50,092 nt of DNA from Phoronis australis (Eukaryota > Animalia > Phoronida), in contig NMRA01000498.1 of assembly GCA_002633005.1 (NCBI GenBank), positions 1 to 50,092 of the forward strand. Reading direction: 5' to 3'. Both the position numbers and the translations under genes were made by a program. The notes under the pieces are model-generated. The model was not told where the DNA came from and did not search any database. It was given only the letters and a program-made list of their open reading frames with translations. Every line of letters starts with the position of its first letter. Position 1 is the stretch's first letter. Below, one piece after another: positions 37,355 through 49,575 of this stretch.

Positions 37355-38993
37355 TGACCCCAAGTTGCGAAAATTATAGACCAATATCGGTCCTCCCTGC
37401 AGTGTCCAAAATTCTTGAAAGGTGTGTTCAAAAGCAGTTTCACCAGTTCCTGGAGCAAAATTCCCTTCTCTCGGCAGCACAGTCTGGTTTCCGCCCCTTG
37501 CATTCCACTCTTACTACAAATATTCATGCTACTGAGTTTATCTTTAATAATATGGATCAGGGGAAGCTAACTGGTGCTGTCTTTGTTGACCTTAAGAAAG
37601 CCTTTGACACTGTGGACCATGGTATCCTATTGCAGAAACTAGAGTCATATGGAGTTAATGATAACGAACTCCTTTGGTTTAGAAACTACTTATACGACCG
37701 TAAACAGGCCACCAAATACGGTGGTATACTTTCTGACTACTCAACCGTAATCACGGGGGTACCTCAGGGTTCCATTTTGGGCCCTCTATTATTCACTATT
37801 TTTGTTAACGACCTCCCTACGGTCCTCCACAACAGTGTCCCAGTTTTATACGCTGATGACACTGCAATTATGTCCACAGCTGGATCGGTTAATGAACTCG
37901 AAACTTCTCTCAACAATGAGCTAGCCATTATCCATGACTGGCTGATTCAAAATAAACTCACTCTTAACGTTAGTAAAACCAAGTCGATGCTGTTTGGAAC
38001 CCACCAGAAATTAAAGCAACAAAAACTATCCCTTTCTATCAACGGTTCTCCCATCGAGAATGTTGACAAGTTTAAGTACTTGGGCCTTATTTTAGATCCC
38101 AATCTTAAATTTAATATGCACATAGATCATATCACAAAGAAATTATCAAAGAAAATCGGTGTACTTAAACGTCTAGGCAAATTTCTTAATGTCCGTACCC
38201 TTAAGACCCTTTACCATTGTATTATTCAGCCTCATATTGATTATTGTTTACCGGTTTGGGGGCACACTAGTGACACACTTGTAAACAAAGTCCAAGTAAT
38301 CCAAAATAGAGCCGCCAGGGCTATCCTGGGTACTAAAATTAGGGACACTAGGGTTGACGACTTGTACTCCAAGCTGGGATTTATGAAAGTAAGACAAAGA
38401 AATAAATATCTCTCTGCCTGTTGTATATACAGATGTATCAATGGCTTGGCTCCTGCATATCTCAGCAGTAAATTCAATAGCAGTCAGGCTGTTTATTCTA
38501 CACGGTCTTCTGTTGCTGGCAATGTTTCTTCTAAAAAAATTAAAACTGAGACTGGCAAGAGATCTTTTATCTATGCAGCTGCCGTAATATGGAATTCTTT
38601 TAGCCCAGAAATTAAACGGTCCAACTCAATTACTACCTTTAAAGTTAATGTTAAAAAGTGGCTGTAATTTACTTAACCTTTTATACCCTGTCTGTCTTAA
38701 TCATGTCATTTTTTCATTGTCGTAAATACTCTCATTGTCTAGAGTCATCTCTTAATTTATTTCATCTGTCTTAGTTAATTTTTACCATTATTTGTCATTT
38801 AGTTATTGTCTTAATTCTCAACCTTAACTGTTTTAATTGTATCTTTGTTACATACATTTCATTGTTGTTTTATTACTTCATTGTATTATATTACTGTTTT
38901 TCTTGTTGAAGGCCCTCTTGGAAAGCAGTGCTATTACTGAAGAGGCCACCCTTATTTTAAATATCACAATAATAAATAATAAATAAATAAATA
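37355..38993 (+). mobile_element. 5'-truncated L2/CR1-group (Crack/Daphne-like) LINE
   Basis: RT ORF, AT-rich 3' UTR, (AAAT)n tail at ~38968-38993; host sequence resumes after the tail. Confidence 0.9.
37357..38667 (+). CDS. LINE ORF2 reverse transcriptase plus C-terminus (5'-truncated, uninterrupted frame)
   Basis: ENYRPISVL, QSGFR, FVDLKKAFDTVDH, GVPQGSILGPLLF, LYADDT, KYLG, DYC..VW, QNRAARAI. The first ~38 aa of the listed ORF (37243-37356) come from host repeats. Confidence 0.92.
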   Translation, partial: TPSCENYRPISVLPAVSKILERCVQKQFHQFLEQNSLLSAAQSGFRPLHSTLTTNIHATEFIFNNMDQGKLTGAVFVDLKKAFDTVDHGILLQKLESYGVNDNELLWFRNYLYDRKQATKYGGILSDYSTVITGVPQGSILGPLLFTIFVNDLPTVLHNSVPVLYADDTAIMSTAGSVNELETSLNNELAIIHDWLIQNKLTLNVSKTKSMLFGTHQKLKQQKLSLSINGSPIENVDKFKYLGLILDPNLKFNMHIDHITKKLSKKIGVLKRLGKFLNVRTLKTLYHCIIQPHIDYCLPVWGHTSDTLVNKVQVIQNRAARAILGTKIRDTRVDDLYSKLGFMKVRQRNKYLSACCIYRCINGLAPAYLSSKFNSSQAVYSTRSSVAGNVSSKKIKTETGKRSFIYAAAVIWNSFSPEIKRSNSITTFKVNVKKWL

Positions 38994-41869
38994 GATTCGC
39001 ATGCGGTCCTCCTGCACTCGAGGCACTAGGACATTCCATTTCCAGCCTCACTATTGGTTCGTTTGTGTTACTGCCACGCGTTTGGTCAGCTCCTGGCTCT
39101 CATAGGCTGATGATTGTCACGTGTCATAAGGTTCCTTTGTTCTCAGTGAAGTTATATTTCCTGCCATCAGTACTTCGCTTTAGCAGCACTTAGGTTCGAG
39201 TCTAATCTCTCTTCATTTTTTCCCACCCTCTACCACACTCTCCTTTGGGTAGTTCCTCTTACCTGAAAGATGGCGCTTTTTATTGCCCATCTTTCCTGAG
39301 ATTATTATTTTATCTTTATGTTATTTGTACACTCATATTTCTGTACCTTATCATTCATAATAAATGACCTTATATCGCCTATACACGGTCTCCTTTGTAT
39401 CTCTGGAAACAGAGCTTGCGACGCACCTATTATTTTCGGGACATATTCCGAGCATAAAGATTATTGTCACGGCGTGACAATAATGGACTCTGCGTGTGCA
39501 TATTACTGGAATAATTATGGGAAGTTACTGACCGCAACCCGTTCACCAATATGAGAAAGGAATTCCTTAAAATTGTAGGAGAAATTACATATTAATATTT
39601 TGATGACCTTTCCACTAATTGACCTCTTCCAGTGCATTATGAGTCCCGATGAGGGAACAATTGGGAATTCGATTAAAAGTGTGGTTTATGCTAAAAATCA
39701 CATATGTTTTACTTTAAGCACTTCAGAATACAAGATACATGAATTGGTCAAATTTTCAGAAAAAATGCACCTAATGACCTGAAAATTTAGAATTCAAACT
39801 TAATCGCATTTAGTAAACAGATGTGTAATTTTGAAGTCTCTAGCTCAAAATTTTAGTTTGCACTCTATGACCTTCGACCTATTTTTTCTGATTGGTTAGG
39901 CCTATTGCATAGTAAAGTAGGGTGTTCAATTGGCATGTTGACTTACACCAATGTGCTGAACTTGAAGAAAAGAATTCCTTGAAAAATATACGAGATATAA
40001 CATTTTGAACATTAGATGACCTTTGCACTAATTGACCCTATCCGGTACATTAAAAGCGTCTTTAGAATTATTGCAAAGGGTGTGAAAAAGTGTGTTTAAT
40101 GCTGAGAATCACAGCTGTCTAACAGTTGGCACATCAGAATACTTGGTGAATGAAAAGGACAAATTTTCTGAAGATAAATGCACCTAATGACCCCATGGTT
40201 GCACTAAATGACCTGAAATTTTGTATTTGTAATTGAATTAGGCGTACCAATCAGACTTGTGAATTTGAAGTGTCTAGCTCAAAATTTTAGTTTGCACCTA
40301 ATGACCTTTGGCCTGTTTAACCGGATTTGATGACTTGATTACTTAGGAAAGTAATTTTTAAATTGCCTTATTGACTTATACCTGTGCACGGAATTTGAAA
40401 AGAATAGCTTTAAAAATTAAGAAGTAGCATTTTGAAAATTACATGACCTTTGCACCAAATGACCTCTTCTGGTGCATTATGGAATATGATTATATAATGA
40501 ATTAAAATTTATGCACTGCCTAAAATCATATGTTAAATTTGAAGAACAAACCTACAACCATTTTGGAGTTATTAAGTGTCAAAGTTGGTTGGAAGAAGAA
40601 TAAGAATAACAAGAATAAGAAGAATAAAATTGAAGAAAAGCCAGGAACAACAGTACTCTGAGCTTGCACGCGCAGAGTAACAATTTTCACAATCATCCTT
40701 AGAGTGGTTTGGTTGATAGAGGGGCGGACGCCAAAAAACAAGATTCAAAAACAGTAAAAATGGCCCCTATGTGGTGCGAAATACGTTGCATGAAACCAAA
40801 AAGGCTTGGTTCAAAGCATAACCTAGTTTTAGAGCAAACATAGTTATCATGTTTCTTCAGGGGCCTCGTTCATCCAAGGGGAAAGGTGCCTGTGCCTTCT
40901 GAGAGGGGAATTTTTTACCGAGTGAGGGGAAAAATCTACCTCCCAATCATCATCAATAGCACCCCTGCCCTGTTGCAAGCTCTCACCTGAGTGGTTACAG
41001 GTGATTTGAACTTCGGAGAGAACTTTTCAATTAATAGCGGAATTTTTAGGCCTCGCGTGGGGGAATTTTGGGGGATTTTTCAACATTTTTGAGAGGGGAA
41101 TAGAGCCAATATTCGGGCCTAAAATAGAGGAATTGAGGGCACTCTCCTTTTTGGAAAGCAAAATGCATCATGTTTCAACCCATAGTCAAGAAAACACAGC
41201 GTGGCTGGCCGAAGATTCTCCGGTCGTTGCTATGATGCTCGGCAACCAAGATGCGACAAAATATGATCCAACTTTTCGAAAACATTTATAAATTTTACAC
41301 GGACATATTGTCCTTCGTCACGGCGTATGGTAATGACCCAACACTTCTGAATCTCAACATCCTTAGGGAATGTAAAACAGACAGTTGAGTGTCCGTATTT
41401 TTTCCAGGCGTTTGAGCAACGTGGAATACAATATATAAGCCAAAAGAGCTATCTTAGCGAACCTCATTTTAAAACGCGCCTCCTGTCGGTGTGAATTCGG
41501 TTTATAGCCTCCCTTTTTTCAGTGCTGTGCTGCCCATGTTCTTACCATGTTCCTGATTCAGGGGCCTTGTCTGCTCTGCCCCCTTCAGCTGCTGGCCTTC
41601 TCCAGTCTCTGCATCAGGCTTCCTTGTCTTCAGTACCTTATTCAACTTCTGAGCTTTGTGAAGACGATTGTTGGCCAGATTCTACATCGCATTAGCTTTA
41701 ACAAAAAACATAAGACAACTAAGGAGGTAAATGCTTTTTAGCAGGGCAGGAGGGTTTTTTCAAAAACAGTATTTTGTACTTTTTTGAAAGTCACAAATTA
41801 TGGACCATCTATTAAGTGATTCACTCAGGTGTGAGCTGACATCCACAAGAGTATTACACCTAACGCCTA

Positions 41870-44800
41870 CGGCAAAGTCGTGCAATTTTCGGACGGCCCG
41901 CCATTTTCGACCAATAATAAATATTTTCGAAATTAATTTTTCATAGTCCACGAAATTCGTACAAGGTCTAAAAACCGTTTTTCAATGATCCTCGAATTTC
42001 GGACAATGTCATAAACGTCGGATTTTTGTCCGCGACTTTCGGACAAGGAAAATTTTAGAAACGCTTATTTGGGATCGACGCAACTCCCGTATCACTAAAG
42101 CGTTCAACACCTGTAAGGCTTGAATCCGAGAATCGGTGTAACGGGCTTTGTAATTTTTACCTTGTCTTGACGATGTCACGACCGTTACTCGGTTGTCTTG
42201 CGTTTAGCTACAGTTTGGTGCTTTAGCTATGAAAAGAATCACTGAGTTCTGTATGACGAAAGTTTTTGATGAAAATACAAATGGGAAATACACCGAAGGC
42301 TGTAGTTTTTTGTTGTAGCGTAACATGTGCTCTGGTTTAATTAGACCGTGCTGTACGACTTCCAACTGTGACATTGAATTTGCACGCCTGGCATCAACTT
42401 GCGTGTTTACGAAATGTTTTTATTTTTAAAACGTCATGGCGTTTGCAAATGCCCTTGTCAGTGGCTAAAATCTCTCGACGACGTGTCCGGATTTTAATCC
42501 TTGACGCGATGAGAAATATTTTTTGTTTAGGCCCTCATTCACAATAGGCTACAGCCAAGTCTGTCCGTCGGATATCGCACATTCAAAGTAGTGTAAATAG
42601 TGAACAGCAGCAGCCCAATGAGACGGAGCCAAAGCTGGTTACAAATCAAACATAGTGCAAGGTCCAGCACTGAGAAAGGCGCGCAGCAAACACTCAATTG
42701 TTACAGAGACATTGCATCCCTGTCCTACGTTGTGTAAGTGCATTAACACATATCAAAAACTAATGTACATCCACGAAACCCCGTTTCACTACCCTTACAA
42801 ATTCTCTGTTGCTCTCTGATAAGCATCGCAGATGCAAGAATCTCGCTAAAGAAGATAGTGTGATCGTGTGCTTTGCTTGCAATGCCTCACCATACGTCTC
42901 AAAGTCTTCAGTCTAGCGTGCTCGTGAGATTCTCACCCTTGCGCCCGCAGACTAGTAGTTGTCTTGGGAAATACAAAAATCTAGCCAAAATCACGCTTTC
43001 CTGGAGGCGTTATCTAAGAATCACGCCTTCAGGAGGGATAGAAGGCAGCAATTTATTGGTTTAAGTTTAAATATATCTAGGGTATTCCCAGTTTTCTATC
43101 CAATGAGGATTGAGACACCATACTCTGTGTTAACTTCTTGTTTGTGAAGTTAATGCCTATTGGCTGTTATTTCTGGAATTTAGAACCATTTCTTCACAAG
43201 CAAATTATCAATTCAAGGAAAAACCAGGAAGCGTGTTAACTTTGTAGTGGTTGTTGTGGTAACTTTTGAAAGGTTATAAAGATATTCCTCCCTGAAATAT
43301 AGTATGTTTGTTTGATTTGAAGACTAGAATGAAGCTAAATGCCCTGAATTGTAGCTTAATTGGTATTACATAACACTGCTGTCACCACTTAATCATCTGC
43401 TAGGGTGCTCCTGTTTATTTTATTTGAACTGACCAGAAACAATAACAAAATGTTCAATTACTAGGAACATTCTACTCTGTGACTTGCACTGTGCACACAC
43501 TCACTTGAAATTGCTGCCTTGATATTATACGGACATCATCTCTGCTGCTCTCTCACAGTTCTTGAAGTTTTTATTATGGAGGATAGTGTGGATACTGTGA
43601 CACTGGTCACATTTAGATACAGACTTCAGTGATTATGGATATGATAGTGTGGATACTGATGGCACTGAGTGGTCAGATTTAGATACAGATTTCAGAGATC
43701 TAGTTTATGATGAGGATATGCTACACAGAAAACTTCCTTGACATATTTTCTGGAAATTTAAATGGATTATTTGTAAACAAACATCTTTGTTTCTGGAAAA
43801 CAAAAAGTAAAACTACTTGTTCAACCCTTTATCGATATTGAACTTGGATAAATTTTATATCAACATGAAGCTCATTTACTAAAGATGTAATGCTGAAAAT
43901 TTGGTAAGTATATGTTTATTAATGACTGAGTGATGAGGTTTTAATTATGTGCAGTGCTTGTGACCTAGTTCTGAGTGAAATACCCTCCCGACTTCAAGGG
44001 GGTAGACATTCCACAGCTCAGCCAGGCCACTAAGCAATTTATTCCATATGGTGCTCAGGGTGGAATGAGTTAAAATACACAATACATCAGTAATTTCATG
44101 AATTCTTGTTTTTAGCGAAGTCCTAGCGTTACGAGCTTTACCCCTATGTAAACCTAAAAAGATTGAACTTGCGGCGACCCCATCAAGTTTGCTTGCTCAT
44201 CCACTGGTCTGTGTACTTGTGGTCTTGTTAATTCACACCCTGGACTCCATGGTGTCCTGAGATTAAGATGAATCCCGACAAGGACACCGGGACCCTCGTG
44301 GCACTCTGTCTGCGGCGACTAAGAAAATCCTCCACCAATCATTTCGAAAAATGACAAGTCAGTCGGAATCAGATTTGGTAGTCGTTGCTTCTTGTGGTCC
44401 TATGGGTAGGTTAACAAGAATACAGGACCTGGAGTCCATTGCAACGGGCCTGGAACCTGAAAGGTGTTTCCGACCCGGAGTTCCATATCTACTTTCCACA
44501 GGATCTTGTCTTCTTGTCCTTCAGTCGATAGTTTTGAGACAAAAAAGAAACGTGATCTTAAACTACAGACCATGCTTTTTGTATTACTTAAGATAGTTTC
44601 AGAGGCATTTCAGCTGTGTGTTTAATTGTGTTTGATTCGAAAGAGAGGACTGTTACAATGCTTAGTATAAATACTGTAGCTCACCCTAATTATATCCTAG
44701 TGGGAATAGCATTATTTTTAGATTTCAAGCATGCACTTTTATTCTCAGATATGCATCCCAGGTATATTTTAGGGAAACATTTAAGATACGCAAATTGGCC

Positions 44801-46922
44801 ATATATTCTGCTGGACTTAAATACGGAAATCTACGGTGGATCTTCTTAAACCTGTAAACCATGAAAATTTCATTGAGACAGTTTTGTTCTACTAACATGT
44901 TCAACTAACATTCCGTTCATGAAAGTAGGTCAGTACGTTCGCGTTTAAGGCGTTATTGCAACAGGTAAGTGTTGTTTTGATTTTTGTTTGGTGTTTCCAT
45001 ATTTTATTCTGTTATGCATTCTTCTTTTCAGATAGTCACTGTTATTCTTCAGCAACATTTCTGTACTAATAATGAGACTTCAGCAAACTCGCGACTGTTC
45101 ATACTTTAAATGTTAGCAGAAGTGTGTAGTGTCCATCAGCAGAGACATGTGGGAAGAACTATTTTCCGTAACTGCAGCAAATATATGATGCACTGAAATG
45201 AAAACGGTCAACATAGATGGATTGTAATTGGTTAAATGTATATTTAGAAAGAAAATTAAGTATGTAAATAGTAGACCGGTTCTTGAATTGCCTGGTTTAC
45301 GTCCTTCATGAGTTCACGCTGTCCCAAACTGAATGATTTCATTTTTCTTTTCAGGTCGTCACTGGTCGATTCTTCTAACAGTCGTGATCTGCCCAGTAGC
45401 CTATTGTATCAACGTGCGCATAAACGGTCTTGACAGGGGGTTGCACCAGGTGAGGGGGTGGGGGCGTAAATTAGTAGTGACTTGAGGGAGACTGAGCTGC
45501 GCGAAATTGGTGACGATCAGAAGAAACGGCCCAGTTATCTTCCATGCAGATTATCAGAAAATGTTAACGATTTTCAGTTTCATTTCATCAACAAACAGAT
45601 TTCACAAGTCAGAGTTTTCACTGTGGTTAAAAACGTAAGCGAACCCAGATGTGTTAGGTCACCTCAGTTGCAAGAAGACGCGCCAGTGTATCATTGAGTT
45701 AACATCGGGCATTTCAAAGGCTGTGGATGAGAAAGGTTTTAATTGTAAAAAACGGTTGGGTGAATTTGATGTTGGTAGCATTTGAAATTGCAGTCGCTTT
45801 CTTGACAATGCCCTTACATATACAATATGTTAGTTAATCGTGTCTTCAGTCGCGCAGCACTGTACTAGTCGACACATTCCCATCGTTTTCAGTAGGCCTA
45901 AACATGTAGAACGACAGCGCTTCTTCAACAATTCAGACGACTACCAGGACGACGAATGGGGATCACGAGTCGATGAGAAACTACTCATTTTACTATAATG
46001 ATTGTCTTTGTAATCTATTTTATGTAATTGTTCAATCAAAGTTTTCATGTTGAAACTGAGCTTTCAGTTAATATGGAAATAAACGTGTCAGAGTTAACTT
46101 GCGTTTCTGTTTGTAACCAGCAAAGGAAGGATATGTTGAACATAAATATATGCTATGTTCTCGTCATTGTTCATCACTTTCTTCATTGAACTCGTTCCCA
46201 CATCCATTACTGTTACGTTTAATGCAAAATTTGTTTTAAATTGAGAAAGCGCATGTTTTGATGGTCGGGAACCCTCTTTGTGCGTCGAATACGCAAGTCT
46301 AGCTTTTTATTGGGAAACCATGTGTTGACAGTGCAAACTCAATATTTTTAGTGAGAAAACGCATTTTTACAAAAGAGAATCAGTTGCCTGCAACGTTTCA
46401 TGTGCGTCAACAACGCAAACCAGACCCACTCATTGGAAAGCCCATATTTGTCACCAGGAAGACTCTTTTCACAACGCAGCCCGATATTTCAAGTGAGATA
46501 GCGCAATCACTTGCCGAGAACGGTTTTTGAGCATCGCAATGCAAGCCGATTATTTCATATTGAGAAAGCGCATCTTTGAAAAGAAGAACCAACATTTGTC
46601 GGGAACGGTCTTTGTGCGTCGACAGCACAATTTCTTATTGGGAAAGCCAGATTTTCAAAAATTAATCGCGCAGACCATTTGAGTCTCATTTACCTCCAAT
46701 TATACTGCTATCAAATGACCGAGCCAGCAATGTTGATACTACGACCGCCCATCGAAATAATGTACACGTGCACCCACGAAATTCGGACTCTAGTGGAAAC
46801 CCAAATTTGGAGGTCCGCCAAATTCGGACACCACAAAAACGATGTTTCGCGAGATTCGTCCACGAAAGAATTTTTTCAATTGGAATTAATTTTCAGAGTC
46901 CGAAAATCGCGCGACTTTACCG
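41870..46922. mobile_element. 5-kb TA-target TIR element without recognisable transposase
   Basis: TIRs CGGCAAAGTCGTGCAATTTTCGGAC / GTCCGAAAATCGCGCGACTTTACCG (22/25); TA both sides; subterminal TTCGGAC repeats at both ends. Confidence 0.8.
46240..46650. repeat. Degenerate tandem repeat (TGAGAAAGCGCAT...TGTGCGTC)
   Basis: Units at ~46240, ~46352 and ~46560. Confidence 0.6.
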
Positions 46923-48922
46923 TACTGAGCTTCATGGCAAATCACTGGAAACAATATGCAAAAAATCTTGAAACGTTACATCACAGTTGTACTAAGTAAC
47001 AATACAGGCAAGCAAAAGTCATTATACTTAACACATTCAAGAGTACTGAAAGAGAAATTATCAGTTATTTTAACATCCGACTTAAGAATGATTCCATATA
47101 AAAACCATCTGAAAATGAAAAATCACTATATACTCAAAAATTCATACAAAGCTAATACTTTGTGCATGTGTTGGGATGCTGGCCCAAATTACACTGCTGC
47201 AATATTTGCACTCAATGACCTTTGGTTACCGGGATATGACCTATTTGGCTATAAAGGCATATTTTGCATTTTTTCATGTCAATAAAACTGCATTTTTTGA
47301 ACGGCAAAATATCTGACTTGGAAAACTGGTGACAAAGTTTGACATTGACGGTCATAAAAACTCATGTAAGGTTAGTAAGAAAATGAAATTTGCAACTCAT
47401 AGGTACAATTAAATTTCCAGCAGGGGAGAAAACTCCGAGACCACTTTTCAGGCCAATCACTAGTGGCAAGATGTTGCTTAACCTGCCTGCTATATCGGGA
47501 TATATTTGAAGTTGAAATTCTCTGTGTAGACACTTCTAAGATTGAACTTTGATAATTGTTTTTAAAAAAACTTGTCTCTTATATATTTAGTGCTAAACGT
47601 GGCCCTCGAATTTGGGCATTTTTGTGATGTGGCCTTACTCTGACTGAGAAGAGAATTGAGGCTACTCTTTTAGTTTGGAGATATCACCTAAAATATATGA
47701 TCTGATATCAACAATGCAATATCACAAAAATTTAAATTTCACTTTTGAGACCCCAATTTTCTAAAACACTCCATGCTTTGTTTAACTTTACCAATAGCAC
47801 TGTAGGGTTCGAGATTACATGCACTTCCTGTCTCGAATCCCGAAATATTCAGAATATTGAAGATGCTGATGCTCCTGCTGCCCACGAGTTTGCCTCAAAG
47901 AATGACTTGGAGCTTGAGGTCATGAATGAGTTATCATCATAAACTGTAGGAAATAATGAAAATGTTTTAGTTGTCGTCTATTCTTATGATATTGTTGTGG
48001 TCATCATTATCGTAGCTATGGGACTGGGGTCCACCCTGGGCGAAATTGGGAAACATGGAAGATAACGCAAATTCGGGGCTTCCATGGGGGAGAGATTTGA
48101 GTGGTGCCCGTTTGGGGAAAACAATCCAAGCCACTGATGGTCAACAATGAAATCCTCTGTCAGTTTTTACTTGATGGGTTTTTTGTTTTATGTTCAGTTT
48201 GAGACTCGTAAAGCATACTTTTTACATGATTGATTCTATTGAAAAACTACTGAGATTTTTCTTGGAGTGATTATCTAGTTTTGAGAAACGTCTATCTTAG
48301 ACATGTGTATTGAGCAAAATAAAAGGACTTTGTGTTTCAGTAGCTCTCGTTTTCTTCAAACAAAATTCAGTTTTTTGAAGTCTTGTGTAGAAATGCATCA
48401 TACACTCATCATACACTAAACCTAGCATACCTTCAAGAAACTGTGGTTTTGAGTCCGCTGCATGAACGGAATTTACACATTGTGAAACTTTTAGCTGATA
48501 AGTCACAACAACACCCAATTGCTTAAATACTGGTTTGGAAAGCCGGTATCCTGGATATCACTGAAAGTATTTTGTTTTCAATCGTAAATATCCGTACCTG
48601 TTATTTTTCTGAAATTGCAAATTCCATTGGCGCACTCAGCCACCATGCTCGGCCGCTTTTGTGTAGTACAAGAAGCATTGCGTGACACTTTGTATGTCCA
48701 ATAACACGACACCTCTGCTCGTATCCACCGTCCTCTTTTCACTTGTGATCTCGAAGATCTTGATTAGTTTTAGTATGAACTTTGCTAATAGTTTGAGAGG
48801 ACTTTTTCAAGCGCATATACAGGGATTTGTTCAGGAGGTCTGAAAATGGACCAGCATGCACTGCAGGCAGTGTGTAGGATTCTTAGTCAATTACGGTGTT
48901 TGAAAACTGACCAAACAATGGG

Positions 48923-49200
48923 CATAACGTAAAATTGCCGTGAGGACTTGACAGGGGCCTCAGGGGTCTCACACTCCACTGATTTATCCACATTATTTTG
49001 AAAGCGCTTTGCCCAGCCACACATTGTGTGTCATAAAAGAGATAAGCATACCAGCAGCTGGCGCAGCAAGTAGAACTACTTTTGTTTATCACATTGGTGT
49101 AGACTCACAGTTGAACTGTGGTTTTCTGTAGAACCCAGACCATCCCGAGTTGCACCATATACCAACTCCGGACGGTCTCTCACGACGATTAAGCGTTATG
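48923..49200. mobile_element. 278-bp MITE of the CATAA...TTATG family
   Basis: 48923-49100 is homologous to the reverse complement of ~33480-33660; 49105-49200 is homologous to the reverse complement of 23946-24045. Confidence 0.8.
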
Positions 49201-49575
49201 GTAAGGGGCACCCTTAATAAGAATAAAACCTGCTTCTCTGAAGTATGAGATGGTGATGGGCTTGTATTATTAACTCATAAGTACATTAGACTTTTTTGAT
49301 TTCTGTAATCCTATTACAAATTTTTATTTTTGCACCAACAAAACTGAAAATAAAATCTGCGAAGAAAAAATCTCTCATACAGCTTCCCATGATCTCCTTC
49401 GTCACTGATGTAGCAAAATGAATGATATTTGTTCTATTTGACATCTTGGTCGATAGATAATTGCACAATCGAGTAGTGCCTCCTAGAGTCTTTTAATCCA
49501 CCTGACAGTCACAGATTGGCAGAAAAGTGTGTAAGTGAGATATGTAAAAAACTGACTGCACAAAAGCTATGAAAG

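Larger units (their letters stand above)
37275..39458 (+). mobile_element. Single A-B unit of the Ngaro/DIRS-like family, interrupted by a LINE
   Basis: Starts TGATATTTCACTCGTTAAATATATTTATGTGAG, ends GAGCTTGCGACGCAC...CATAAA; homologous to 9967-10498. Confidence 0.7.
34239..40680 (-). mobile_element. HINE (Helentron non-autonomous) head-to-tail dimer ('repeat B') with nested insertions
   Basis: Copies 34239-37265 and 37266-40680 both start AACTAGAAA; palindrome ATTATTGTCACG-G-CGTGACAATAAT (39460-39484); subTIRs ACTCTGCGTGTGCA (39487) / TGCACGCGCAGAGT (40665); AAGAAT microsatellite; ~400-bp internal tandem units. Confidence 0.8.

Noticed and set aside
37243-37356. N-terminus of the 474-aa RT ORF as a fusion protein
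   Set aside because: Read-through from host repeats with a non-ATG start; the LINE is simply 5'-truncated.
23946-49200. A single 25-kb element bounded by ~90-bp inverted repeats
   Set aside because: Each end has its own nearer partner (33660 and 48923), repeat A rejoins at 33661, and there is no shared TSD.
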